NCBI GenBank assembly: GCA_048882045.1
Contig: JBHLRZ010000041.1
Coordinates: forward strand, 1 to 23,754
Reading direction: 5' to 3'
Origin: Candidatus Thorarchaeota archaeon
Lineage (GTDB): Archaea; Asgardarchaeota; Thorarchaeia; Thorarchaeales; Thorarchaeaceae
Length of the DNA stretch: 23,754 nucleotides
The translations under genes and the position numbers were made by a program. Below are positions 8,458 to 16,723 of this stretch, in pieces. Position 1 is the stretch's first letter. Each line of letters opens with the position of its first letter. The notes below the pieces were generated by a model. It did not search any database. It was given only the letters and a program-made list of their open reading frames with translations, and was not told where the DNA came from.

Positions 8458-9468
8458 ATGCTGCAAGGAAAGGTTCCGCCTGAAATCCTGCAACGGTTAG
8501 TATTTGACAAGCTCGGAGCTACTGATTCTGATGTGATACTTGGTCCTAAACTTGGTGAAGACGCTGCAGTAATACGTATTGGAGAAAAGGTGATCATAGC
8601 TGCGACCGATCCGATCACTGGGTCCATCTCAGACGTCGGATGGCTCTCAGTTAATATCAATGCAAATGACATTGCAACATTCGGAATCCTTCCTCGTTGG
8701 TTTTTGGTGACAATTCTGTTACCAACTAATTCAACACCTGAAGAACTTCAAGAGATAATGAAACAGATTGATACTGCTTGTCAGAACTTGGGCATAGCAG
8801 TGGCTGGAGGACATTCAGAGATAACAAAAGGAATTGACAGACCCATAATCACTGGATTCATGATTGGTATGACTGACGAAGGGAAATATGTCACATCATC
8901 TGGAGCAAAACCTGGAGACTCAATTATAGTCACTAAGACCATAGCTATTGAAGGAACATCAATTCTCGCAACCGAGGGGGAGGAGATTCTTGCCAAGCAA
9001 ATACCTGCCACTACAATCACATACGCTCAGAAACTGAGAGAACAGATCAGTGTGGTTGCCGAGGGAGTGGCTGCATATGAAACTGGTTATGTCACAGCAA
9101 TGCACGATCCTACTGAAGGAGGCTTGTCAAATGGACTTCATGAGATATGTGACGCAAGCAACGTAGGATTTGAGATCTATAGTGATGCAATTCCAATAGA
9201 TGATTCGACCTTCAAAATATGTACTGCATTGGATGTCAGCCCCATGGAGCTAATCAGCAGCGGATGCATGATTGTATGTTGCGATGAGAAGAATGTGAAT
9301 GAGGTTATCAACACGATTAGAACAAGAGGTGTTTCAGCAACTGTGATTGGCCAGATTGTAGAAGATCCCAAGAGAAGAATTCTTGTGACAGATTCGGATG
9401 GAATTCCTCTGAAACGTCCAATTACTGACGCACTTTGGGATGCACTGAAGAAGCTCAATCACTCATGA
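8458..9468 (+). CDS. AIR synthase (PurM/HypE/ThiL/SelD) family protein
   Basis: GEDAAV, TDPITG, NANDIA, GGHSE, MHDPTEGGL, ISSG motifs. SD GAGGTGA 8443-8449 favours ATG 8458. No C-terminal PRIC, so not a bona fide HypE. Confidence 0.9.
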   Translation: MLQGKVPPEILQRLVFDKLGATDSDVILGPKLGEDAAVIRIGEKVIIAATDPITGSISDVGWLSVNINANDIATFGILPRWFLVTILLPTNSTPEELQEIMKQIDTACQNLGIAVAGGHSEITKGIDRPIITGFMIGMTDEGKYVTSSGAKPGDSIIVTKTIAIEGTSILATEGEEILAKQIPATTITYAQKLREQISVVAEGVAAYETGYVTAMHDPTEGGLSNGLHEICDASNVGFEIYSDAIPIDDSTFKICTALDVSPMELISSGCMIVCCDEKNVNEVINTIRTRGVSATVIGQIVEDPKRRILVTDSDGIPLKRPITDALWDALKKLNHS

Positions 9469-10234
9469 ACTTCTCAAGTTTCTGCACATCCTCATCATCT
9501 ATCCAATCGAGGATGACTGGGGACAAGGATATGTTTCCATTGACAAAGACCTCATATGCATCAGAATTTGGTGTAGGGTCTCGCTCAATTCCCAGGTACC
9601 AATAGTAAGGTCGACCATTTGGATCTGTTCTTCTTTCAACCTCGTTATGCATTCGGATTTTTGTTGGCTTTGTAACAACGATCCTAGAACTACTTGATAT
9701 CGTTGATGGGAAGTTCAAATTGAGTAAGTCGATTCCATTTGGGAGCCCCTTTTTTAGAACCTTCAAAACGAGGTCTTTAGATATCTCACACATCTTTTCA
9801 CATTCTGCGTCTGAACCTGCAGAATCAAACCATTCGCTAGGTGTTGCTTGACGTGATACTGCAATTGCTGGAAGTCCTCTGATTGCTGCTTCAAACGCAG
9901 CTCCTACAGTCCCGCTTGTTAACATACTCTGATATCCAACATTCGCTCCAGAATTAATCCCCGATATCAAGAGATCGATGTCTTCATAGAATGCTTGAGC
10001 AAGAATGACTGAGTCAGCAGGTTCTCCATCATGTGATACAAATTGGTACCCATTCATTTCATGCTTCTCGGTTATTCTAATTGGTCGCTTGAGGGTCAAT
10101 GATTTTCCTGTTGCACTGCGTTGACTATCCGGTACAACAACAATCAATTCAACGACTTTGCTCAATTCTTCTGCTAGCTTAAGCATACCCTCGCTACGAG
10201 GACCATCATCATTTGTTAAACAGACCTTGTACAA
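9455..10234 (-). CDS. surE: 5'/3'-nucleotidase SurE
   Basis: LTNDDG, QRSATG, G.PADSV, SGINSGAN, SGTVGAA, NLNFP, DPNGRPYYW. Confidence 0.95.
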   Translation of the reverse strand: MYKVCLTNDDGPRSEGMLKLAEELSKVVELIVVVPDSQRSATGKSLTLKRPIRITEKHEMNGYQFVSHDGEPADSVILAQAFYEDIDLLISGINSGANVGYQSMLTSGTVGAAFEAAIRGLPAIAVSRQATPSEWFDSAGSDAECEKMCEISKDLVLKVLKKGLPNGIDLLNLNFPSTISSSSRIVVTKPTKIRMHNEVERRTDPNGRPYYWYLGIERDPTPNSDAYEVFVNGNISLSPVILDWIDDEDVQKLEKFMSD

Positions 10235-10305
10235 TCGAGACTACTCCTGAAATGAAATAATCAGAGCCACTATCACCTGTTGATAAGAGTGACGTTTGGA
10301 GGAAG

Positions 10306-10344
10306 AAAAAAGGTTGTGGAAGCACGCTGATCTGCTGCTTCCAC
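10306..10344 (-). terminator. Hairpin + T-tract downstream of the histone gene
   Basis: 9-bp inverted repeat GTGGAAGCA 10316-24 / TGCTTCCAC 10336-44, followed on the minus strand by AACCTTTTTT. Confidence 0.6.
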
Positions 10345-10369
10345 TTCCCGGCATCTTTAGACGATTGAA

Positions 10370-10540
10370 CTATAGGTCGTAAGCCTTGAGGGTCTTACGC
10401 TTGTTATCGCCAGTTCTCTTGGCAGCTTTATCTAGAAGCATTTCGATCTTCTTGTCAAGTGCTCCGTAGAAGTCACCACTGACTTGTAGCTTCTTCTTCT
10501 TCGCATAATCTTGTACTGCCTTCTTAACGATGAAAGTCAT
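10370..10540 (-). CDS. Small histone-fold protein with truncated alpha3 (face-to-face / 'alpha3' prokaryotic histone type), 56 aa
   Basis: Manual translation MTFIVKKAVQDYAKKKKLQVSGDFYGALDKKIEMLLDKAAKRTGDNKRKTLKAYDL*. RKTxxxxD loop-2/clamp motif, strong SD GGAGGAG, upstream TATA and downstream terminator. Below the ORF-track size cutoff. Confidence 0.9.
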   Translation of the reverse strand: MTFIVKKAVQDYAKKKKLQVSGDFYGALDKKIEMLLDKAAKRTGDNKRKTLKAYDL

Positions 10541-10586
10541 TTTTAATTACTCCTCCAAAAGGGTAGTTTTAACGTGTTTTAGGACA

Positions 10587-10594
10587 CTTATAAG
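10587..10594 (-). promoter_or_regulatory. Probable TATA box of the histone gene
   Basis: CTTATAAG about 50 nt upstream of the ATG, which leaves room for a short leader containing the SD. Confidence 0.5.
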
Positions 10595-10807
10595 GCTATG
10601 CTTAGAAACCTATTCTATAGCGCCCTTCCCCCTATTCTGAGGCATTTGCGCATTTAAACCCAGCGCGCTTCTCCTTTGAGTTCTGTGCATTAGAGAAATT
10701 TCCAAGCTGAAAATTACATCTAGAAGGCTTGAAGAAATCCGCAAAACATCTAAAAGAATCCCTCAACACAAGATGAATTGGTTAATTCTCTGAGGTGAGT
10801 TGGACAC

Positions 10808-11590
10808 ATGCGATACGCTCATGGAATAGTCACTGGCGCAATATTTCCCCTCATCATTTTCTTTGTGGCTACTGTGATTAATGTTGCAGGTATTGGAGCG
10901 GATCCTACTGTACTCGAAATTCTATGGGGTATCTATATAATCTGGTTCATGATATCTATTGGAATTGCTATAATCCCCCCCATTGTGGTTCGCATTGGGA
11001 GGAAGGAAATGTTCCGTGAATTTGTCATCTATGAAGCAGGTGGATTCGGAGTCTTCACTCCGATTTGGGTCATATTTTTCACTGATCTCTCTGGTGATTC
11101 TTGGACCAAGATTTTCACAGAAGGGATAAACAACGCTCTTATAGCACCAGGATTGGGTGGATTGATTGGGATAGATGTAAGCAGTACATTCCTCATACCC
11201 TTCTTCATTTTCTCCTTCCTAGCAGGTGTTTTCGTTCTTCGTCCGTCTTTCATCCAGAAATATGGCACTGTTGAACCCACTGAACTCACTGCTCTGAAAA
11301 GTGATGCTGCACCTGTGACTCCGACTAAGGACCCGATCGAAGCTGAAATGCCCGATGTCGCACCACCTCCAGCAAGTGCTGCTTCTATTGCGGATTTGAA
11401 AAGTGTACTAACTGAACTAGGTGTGGATGAATCAGTAATTAACCAGATACTGAGTTCTGGAATTGCCACTACTGAGGATTTTGTTGCAACAAGTGCAGAC
11501 CACTTAGCAACAATAACCGGACTCGATAAAAGGAAAATCGAAGAAATTCATATGGCGGTTCAGAAAAAAGCTTTCTTTGGTGGAATCTAG
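10808..11590 (+). CDS. Membrane protein (about 4 TM helices) with Pro/Ala linker and C-terminal helix-hairpin-helix (RadA N-terminal / HHH_5-like) domain
   Basis: Hydrophobic N-terminal 145 aa. The C-terminal LGVDESVINQILSSGIATTEDFVATSADHLATITGLDKRKIEEI fits the G....L...G..T.E.L.....L..I.G HhH2 pattern. SD GAGGTGA. Confidence 0.7.
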   Translation: MRYAHGIVTGAIFPLIIFFVATVINVAGIGADPTVLEILWGIYIIWFMISIGIAIIPPIVVRIGRKEMFREFVIYEAGGFGVFTPIWVIFFTDLSGDSWTKIFTEGINNALIAPGLGGLIGIDVSSTFLIPFFIFSFLAGVFVLRPSFIQKYGTVEPTELTALKSDAAPVTPTKDPIEAEMPDVAPPPASAASIADLKSVLTELGVDESVINQILSSGIATTEDFVATSADHLATITGLDKRKIEEIHMAVQKKAFFGGI

Positions 11591-12339
11591 GTTTTATCCC
11601 TCTTTAATGAAATGATTGCATCAAGGGCAATTGTCACAAGATCATCCAGTGGTGGTTTCCCAACTATCTTTTGTTCTCTCTCTATGTTCTCTCCAATTAC
11701 CACACAGGCTGTCCCTACCTTTACACCGCGAAGATGTCCTATGACGAACAGCGCAGCTGCTTCCATCTCAGTTGCAAGTACTCTGGCTTCTCTCAATGCT
11801 TCCCACTTTGCTCTGGTCGTATCTGGATCTGTTACAAGGTCGGGATGCTCACTATAGAATGCATCCTTGCTATGACCTATACCGACAGCATATTTCGCAC
11901 CTCTGGCTTCAGCTGCTTCCTTAAGAGCTATGACAACTGAAGGGTCCGCTATTGCTGGGAAAGAGGGTGGTACATAATGCTTGGAGGTGCCTTCATCTCG
12001 GACTGCTCCTGAGAAGATTACAATATCACCAGCTGTCAACTCTCTACTAATTGCTCCTGAAGTTCCAACACGAATGAATGTTGTACAGCCCACCTTTACT
12101 AGTTCTTCCAATGCAATCGCTGCTGATGGACAACCAATTCCAGTTGAACAAACTGCAACAGGAACTCCCTTCCATTTCCCTTTGAAACTCCAGTACTCTC
12201 TCTTCTTAGCAATTTCTTCCGGTTCATCAAAGAACTCCATGGCAATCTTCTTTGCTCTATCCGGATCGCCAGGTAGGAGAACTAGCTCTGGAATCTCACC
12301 AGGTGCAATGTCTATGTGATACTCCTTTTCGTCAGACAT
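11587..12339 (-). CDS. udp: Uridine/nucleoside phosphorylase (PNP_UDP_1)
   Basis: YH, LPGDPDR, STGIG.PSAAI, RVGTSG, RDEGTS, DAFY, EMEAA. Confidence 0.9.
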   Translation of the reverse strand: MSDEKEYHIDIAPGEIPELVLLPGDPDRAKKIAMEFFDEPEEIAKKREYWSFKGKWKGVPVAVCSTGIGCPSAAIALEELVKVGCTTFIRVGTSGAISRELTAGDIVIFSGAVRDEGTSKHYVPPSFPAIADPSVVIALKEAAEARGAKYAVGIGHSKDAFYSEHPDLVTDPDTTRAKWEALREARVLATEMEAAALFVIGHLRGVKVGTACVVIGENIEREQKIVGKPPLDDLVTIALDAIISLKRDKT

Positions 12340-12436
12340 CGTTCAACCTCTGGCGCTGTTGATGTTATAGAGAAAAGGGTTTCGCATCAAGGAGATAGCC
12401 TTAAGAACCTATGAAAAGCCATCTTGATTGGTAACA

Positions 12437-12661
12437 ATGAGCGAGGACTTAACTGGTCTGCAACGCAAAATACTCGAGCTGATTCTATCAAACACGAGTA
12501 GACCCTCTGCAATCACTTCAATACTTCGACGTAAAAATGCTGAGATAAATCAGAATGACGTTGTTCAAGCTCTTTTGGATCTTGAATCTCGTAAGTTGGT
12601 CGAGAGAGTTAGTGGCAAAGCATGGAGTGCTACTAGTAGAGCTGAAAGTTCTCTCGATTAG
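12437..12661 (+). CDS. Small winged helix-turn-helix protein
   Basis: LT.LQ.KIL..I, V..AL..LE.R.LVER and wing W.AT fit a wHTH pattern. TATA-like CCTTAAGA lies about 30 nt upstream. Confidence 0.6.
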   Translation: MSEDLTGLQRKILELILSNTSRPSAITSILRRKNAEINQNDVVQALLDLESRKLVERVSGKAWSATSRAESSLD

Positions 12662-12670
12662 ACTTGGCTA

Positions 12671-13660
12671 CTACTTCAGGACCTTCACCAAGGTTTCCAC
12701 TATGTTATACATGAGCTCACAATTGTTCTCGCAGAAAGCTTCGGTTTGAACTGTGTTTGTTGTCACAATCAGACGACTAGCTTTTTCGATGAGCTCTTCG
12801 AGGAGTTCTTCGCCCTTCTCCATCAATGGCAAAACATGAGCCACAGCCATTCCAACAGCATCTGCTCCCTGATTCAGTAATCTGTCCTTTGCCTTCAAGA
12901 GAGTGCTTCCGCTCTTTGTCAGATCATCGATAACGATTACCTGTTTGTCTCGAACATCCAAATCTCCAGTGATCTCTACCTTGAATGAATTCTCTCGATC
13001 CTTGCCAAATCCTTGAATCTTGTATCGCTCTTGAGCTCCTTCATCTGGGCTCACTAAAACAGGATCCTTGAAATTAAACTGCTTCTTAGCGAACTCCACC
13101 AAATCAGGAAGCACATCAATCGTTTCGTAGAGGTTCTTTTTCCGCAAGTCTTGGACCCAATCCAGACTATCAGGTGCGTGTGGGTTCACGACCCATACCT
13201 TGTTACACGCTTTTGATATGGTTTCTATGGCCCACCGAGCAGAAACTGCTTCTCCTGTTTTGAAAGCTTTATCCTGTAAGGCGAATGGTTGGAAAGTCAA
13301 AACTACCTCCACATTTGAGGGTGGTTCAATGCATTTGCACTCGTATTTTTTGTGACCAATCTTATTTACCGCAACTGGCCGAGAAAGTAGATCCAGTAGT
13401 AGCAAAAGTTCAACAACTCTGTCAGAGGTCGTATAGGGCTCTTTTTCAGCTGGGCCAGAGCCAGTACAGGACTGAATCACAATCACTCTTCGGTTTGAGA
13501 GTTCAGAAACATCTTCCAGCTTGGCATAAATGTCTGCATTTGGAAACAATCTTCTTCTGTCATAGTTTAGCGCAGAAGTAAAGACACGATAATCATGGTC
13601 CTGAAAACTTCTCTTGAGGTGTTCACTTCCGCTTGCAAGAACGACATCAAAGTCCTTCAT
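12671..13660 (-). CDS. Ribose-phosphate pyrophosphokinase-like (phosphoribosyltransferase fold), divergent
   Basis: FP..DI, VIVIQS, ELLLLLD, QDK.FK.GE.VS, H, SPDEG, IDDL.KSGSTL (PRPP loop). Confidence 0.8.
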   Translation of the reverse strand: MKDFDVVLASGSEHLKRSFQDHDYRVFTSALNYDRRRLFPNADIYAKLEDVSELSNRRVIVIQSCTGSGPAEKEPYTTSDRVVELLLLLDLLSRPVAVNKIGHKKYECKCIEPPSNVEVVLTFQPFALQDKAFKTGEAVSARWAIETISKACNKVWVVNPHAPDSLDWVQDLRKKNLYETIDVLPDLVEFAKKQFNFKDPVLVSPDEGAQERYKIQGFGKDRENSFKVEITGDLDVRDKQVIVIDDLTKSGSTLLKAKDRLLNQGADAVGMAVAHVLPLMEKGEELLEELIEKASRLIVTTNTVQTEAFCENNCELMYNIVETLVKVLK

Positions 13661-13779
13661 CTAACAGACCTCCGTTCGTGTGCGGCAAGAATTACTATAT
13701 GAGATTTGTCCAAAGGTCTACGGTAACCTAAAATGGTTGTCCGACTATCGATTCATGCCACCAAAGGTACGTGCATCGA

Positions 13780-14505
13780 GTGAGTCTAACGGCTAGGGAG
13801 CTTATTCAGACGTTATCCAATGACATTGGACTCCCATACCAGACAGTTGCAAGGCAAGTCAATCGGCTCATGGAGAAGGGTATGGGTCTTCTTGAAGCTG
13901 TTTCAAGTCTTGCTTCAGAAAAGGGCCTAGACAAGAAATACCGCATCGACGCTGAAAAGATAGTCAAGGAGACCGAAAAGATACTCCGAGAGGACTACAC
14001 TCAGACTCTAATGATTTCAGCTGTTTTGGGACAGATGGTCGAGGCAAAGGGAAAGGATAGGTTTCCTGCGCCAGCGTTTTTTGCATTCATTGAGATGCTA
14101 TCTCGAATATCTGATGCAAAACGAGACACCAAGTCTGAATCCTCTACTGAGATTGAAGAACGAACGACTCGTATTATAGAGCTTATGACAACCCTTGTGT
14201 CAGTACTATGTCAATGGTCCGAGAAAGGAGTTGTTGGAGTGGCTGAGAATTGTCCCGAATCTCTTCGTGACATGGCTAAGACTATCTTCCGCAAGACTAA
14301 ACTTCTGCAAGGAGGATTATGGACTTGCATTTCCTGCGGGAACATAGTGAATGCAAAGGAAACGCATGCCCTCCTGTGCTCCGATTGTGATAGTAAGATC
14401 TCACAGCAAAGTATTCACGACAGATTTGAACACATGGTAGGTCGCTATAGGGATAGAGAATGGATCTCGTCGGATGAAGAATCTGAGGACTACGACCTAA
14501 TCTGA
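13780..14505 (+). CDS. Hypothetical protein with HTH-like N-terminus and C-terminal CxxC-x13-CxxC zinc finger
   Basis: IGLPYQTVARQVNRLMEKG and WTCISC...LCSDC. Start uncertain (GTG 13771 or 13780). Confidence 0.65.
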   Translation: MSLTARELIQTLSNDIGLPYQTVARQVNRLMEKGMGLLEAVSSLASEKGLDKKYRIDAEKIVKETEKILREDYTQTLMISAVLGQMVEAKGKDRFPAPAFFAFIEMLSRISDAKRDTKSESSTEIEERTTRIIELMTTLVSVLCQWSEKGVVGVAENCPESLRDMAKTIFRKTKLLQGGLWTCISCGNIVNAKETHALLCSDCDSKISQQSIHDRFEHMVGRYRDREWISSDEESEDYDLI

Positions 14506-15131
14506 AGATTAAGACCTTGTTTCAAATATATCAAAGCTTCTTCAACATCCGCTTGCGTTATAGACTCGTCATCGATTTGGAGTATGATCTCACTTTCTCT
14601 TGATTCTTCCAGAAACAAAACTATGGGGTCTAATCCTGCCGCACTACCCGCACTGATAAGTGGGGCAGTAATTCCATCGTAGTAATCCGATCTACCGAGA
14701 GGGATGTCCATCCTCTTCAAAAGCCTCTCACCCTTCTTTGATAGGGCCTGTCCACAGGTCGGTCCTTCGTAGGTTGTTAGAGAAAACACGAACCTTGAAG
14801 GCACATTACCTCGTAGATAGAATAACATGTCAGTCATCCAATCAAACTCTCGAATCATGACATCTCCAAAGATGATCATCAGATCATCTGCAACCATCCC
14901 ATGGACTGGGACAACTGGTGGTTTGACATCTACTGGGTATCGGTTCCAGGATGAAAATGCTGGAGAATTGAACAATAGAACAGTTTCAAACTCGTTATTC
15001 TGATATAGTGTCCTACAGAGAGCCTGGCCCAATGGATTGAGCCCCAAGATGATAGAGTAGGTTTCTGTAATCTTCCTTTTCTTGTAAACTTCCAGAATCG
15101 GACTGACCCATTCCTGTTCGAATGTTGGCAT
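14490..15131 (-). CDS. Hypothetical protein, possibly PAC2/PbaA-like proteasome assembly chaperone fold
   Basis: IILG...LG.....L, F.S..F, IIFGD and GITAPLI..G...GLD..VL resemble the PAC2 family pattern. Confidence 0.45.
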   Translation of the reverse strand: MPTFEQEWVSPILEVYKKRKITETYSIILGLNPLGQALCRTLYQNNEFETVLLFNSPAFSSWNRYPVDVKPPVVPVHGMVADDLMIIFGDVMIREFDWMTDMLFYLRGNVPSRFVFSLTTYEGPTCGQALSKKGERLLKRMDIPLGRSDYYDGITAPLISAGSAAGLDPIVLFLEESRESEIILQIDDESITQADVEEALIYLKQGLNLQIRS

Positions 15132-15313
15132 TGTTCCTATCTCAAACTCTACTGAACCAATATGGCTAATGACTGTTTGTCTTACTATTTCGAACTTATG
15201 TTATCAGAAACCGCAGTTTCGTTGCTTCTTTGTTTTCGGGTCCGAATCCGATGAATTTATGTGGAATATAACCTGCGCCACGACCGAGTTTAACTAGTGG
15301 TGAGTTGATACCA

Positions 15314-16666
15314 TTGGATAAGTACATAGAGAGTGTCTATAATCGCGTCGTTGAGAAAGACCCTGATCAGAAGGTCTTTCATCAAGCCGCGCTAGAAGTA
15401 CTGGAGTCTCTGGAGCCAGCCATCCAGAAGCATTCCCAGTACAAGGAAAACTCGATCCTTGAAAGGATTACCGAGCCTGAACGTATAATTCAGTTCCGTG
15501 TCCCCTGGAAGGATAGAGATGGCAAGATTCAGGTAAATCGTGGTTTCAGAATCCAATTCAACTCCGCCCTCGGTCCATACAAGGGTGGCCTTCGTTTCCA
15601 TCCTACCGTGACCCAGGGTATACTGAAGTTCCTCGGATTCGAGCAGATTTTCAAGAACAGCTTGACAACACTACCAATGGGTGGTGGTAAGGGAGGTTCT
15701 GACTTTGACCCAAAGGGAAAGACAGATGCGGAGGTTGAGAGCTTCTGTGAAAGTTTAATGTTCGAGCTCTACCGACATATCGGTCAGTTCATTGATGTAC
15801 CTGCAGGCGATATTGGTGTTGGTGGTCGTGAGATTGGCTACCTATATGGTGCCTATAGGAAAATCACAAACAATCATGGAACATGCGTTTTGACCGGCAA
15901 GGGTGCAGGTTGGGGTGGATCACTGATACGTCCTGAAGCTACTGGTTACGGTTGTGTCTACTTCGTCCAAGAGATGCTGAAGACTCGCGGTGAAGACATG
16001 AAAGGCAAGACTGCTGTAGTTTCTGGTTCTGGAAATGTTGCCCAGTATGCTACTGAGAAATGTATCGACCTAGGTGCTAAGGTGATTGCACTAAGTGACT
16101 CAACTGGGTGGATTCATGACCCAGATGGAATTGACAGAGAAAAGCTCGCATGGGTTATGGACCTCAAGAATGTCCGCAGAGGCCGAATCAAGGAGTACGC
16201 TGAACACTTCAAAGTCGATTACACTGAAACCAAGAATGGTACTCCATGGAGCCTAAAGTGTGATGTTGCACTTCCAAGCGCAACACAGAACGAGGTGGAT
16301 GCCAAAGAGGCAAAAATGCTCGTAGACAATGGGGTTATGGCTGTGGGCGAAGGCGCCAACATGCCAACCATTCCAGAGGGTATTGAGATCTTCCTTGAAG
16401 GCGGAGTTCTCTTTGGCCCCGGTAAGGCTGCCAACGCTGGTGGTGTATCAGTTTCTGGTCTCGAAATGGCACAGAACAGTCAGCGATTCTTCTGGACTCG
16501 TGAGGAGGTCGACGCTAAACTCCATCTGATCATGCAAGCCATCCACGCAAATGCCTACAAGACATCTGAGATGTTCGATCACAAAGGCAACTATGTCATG
16601 GGTGCAAACATCGCAGGTTTCCTAAAGGTAGCTGACGCAATGATCGCCCAAGGCCATCGCGTATAG
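15314..16666 (+). CDS. gdhA: NADP-specific glutamate dehydrogenase
   Basis: GPYKGGLRFHP, EQIFKN, GGGKGG, DVPAGDIGVG, RPEATGYG, GSGNVA, EGANMP, KAANAGGV. TTG 15314 (SD GGTGA) or 15305. Confidence 0.97.
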   Translation: MDKYIESVYNRVVEKDPDQKVFHQAALEVLESLEPAIQKHSQYKENSILERITEPERIIQFRVPWKDRDGKIQVNRGFRIQFNSALGPYKGGLRFHPTVTQGILKFLGFEQIFKNSLTTLPMGGGKGGSDFDPKGKTDAEVESFCESLMFELYRHIGQFIDVPAGDIGVGGREIGYLYGAYRKITNNHGTCVLTGKGAGWGGSLIRPEATGYGCVYFVQEMLKTRGEDMKGKTAVVSGSGNVAQYATEKCIDLGAKVIALSDSTGWIHDPDGIDREKLAWVMDLKNVRRGRIKEYAEHFKVDYTETKNGTPWSLKCDVALPSATQNEVDAKEAKMLVDNGVMAVGEGANMPTIPEGIEIFLEGGVLFGPGKAANAGGVSVSGLEMAQNSQRFFWTREEVDAKLHLIMQAIHANAYKTSEMFDHKGNYVMGANIAGFLKVADAMIAQGHRV

Positions 16667-16675
16667 ATCATCAAT

Positions 16676-16714
16676 TGCAGAACCCACATCCGGGTTCTGC
16701 ACTCGTTCCTTTTT
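16676..16714 (+). terminator. Hairpin + T-tract downstream of gdhA
   Basis: 10-bp perfect stem TGCAGAACCC 16676-85 / GGGTTCTGCA 16692-701, followed by a pyrimidine/T5 run, between convergent genes. Confidence 0.65.
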
Positions 16715-16723
16715 ACAATCGGA

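Noticed and set aside
8458-9468. Calling the gene hypE, selD or thiL
   Set aside because: No C-terminal PRIC cysteine (HypE), no N-terminal Cys/Sec-x-x-Lys motif (SelD), and no specific evidence for ThiL.
10306-10344. Homology to the metazoan histone mRNA 3' stem-loop
   Set aside because: Stem length, loop size and sequence differ from the 6-bp/4-nt consensus, and a similar hairpin follows gdhA.
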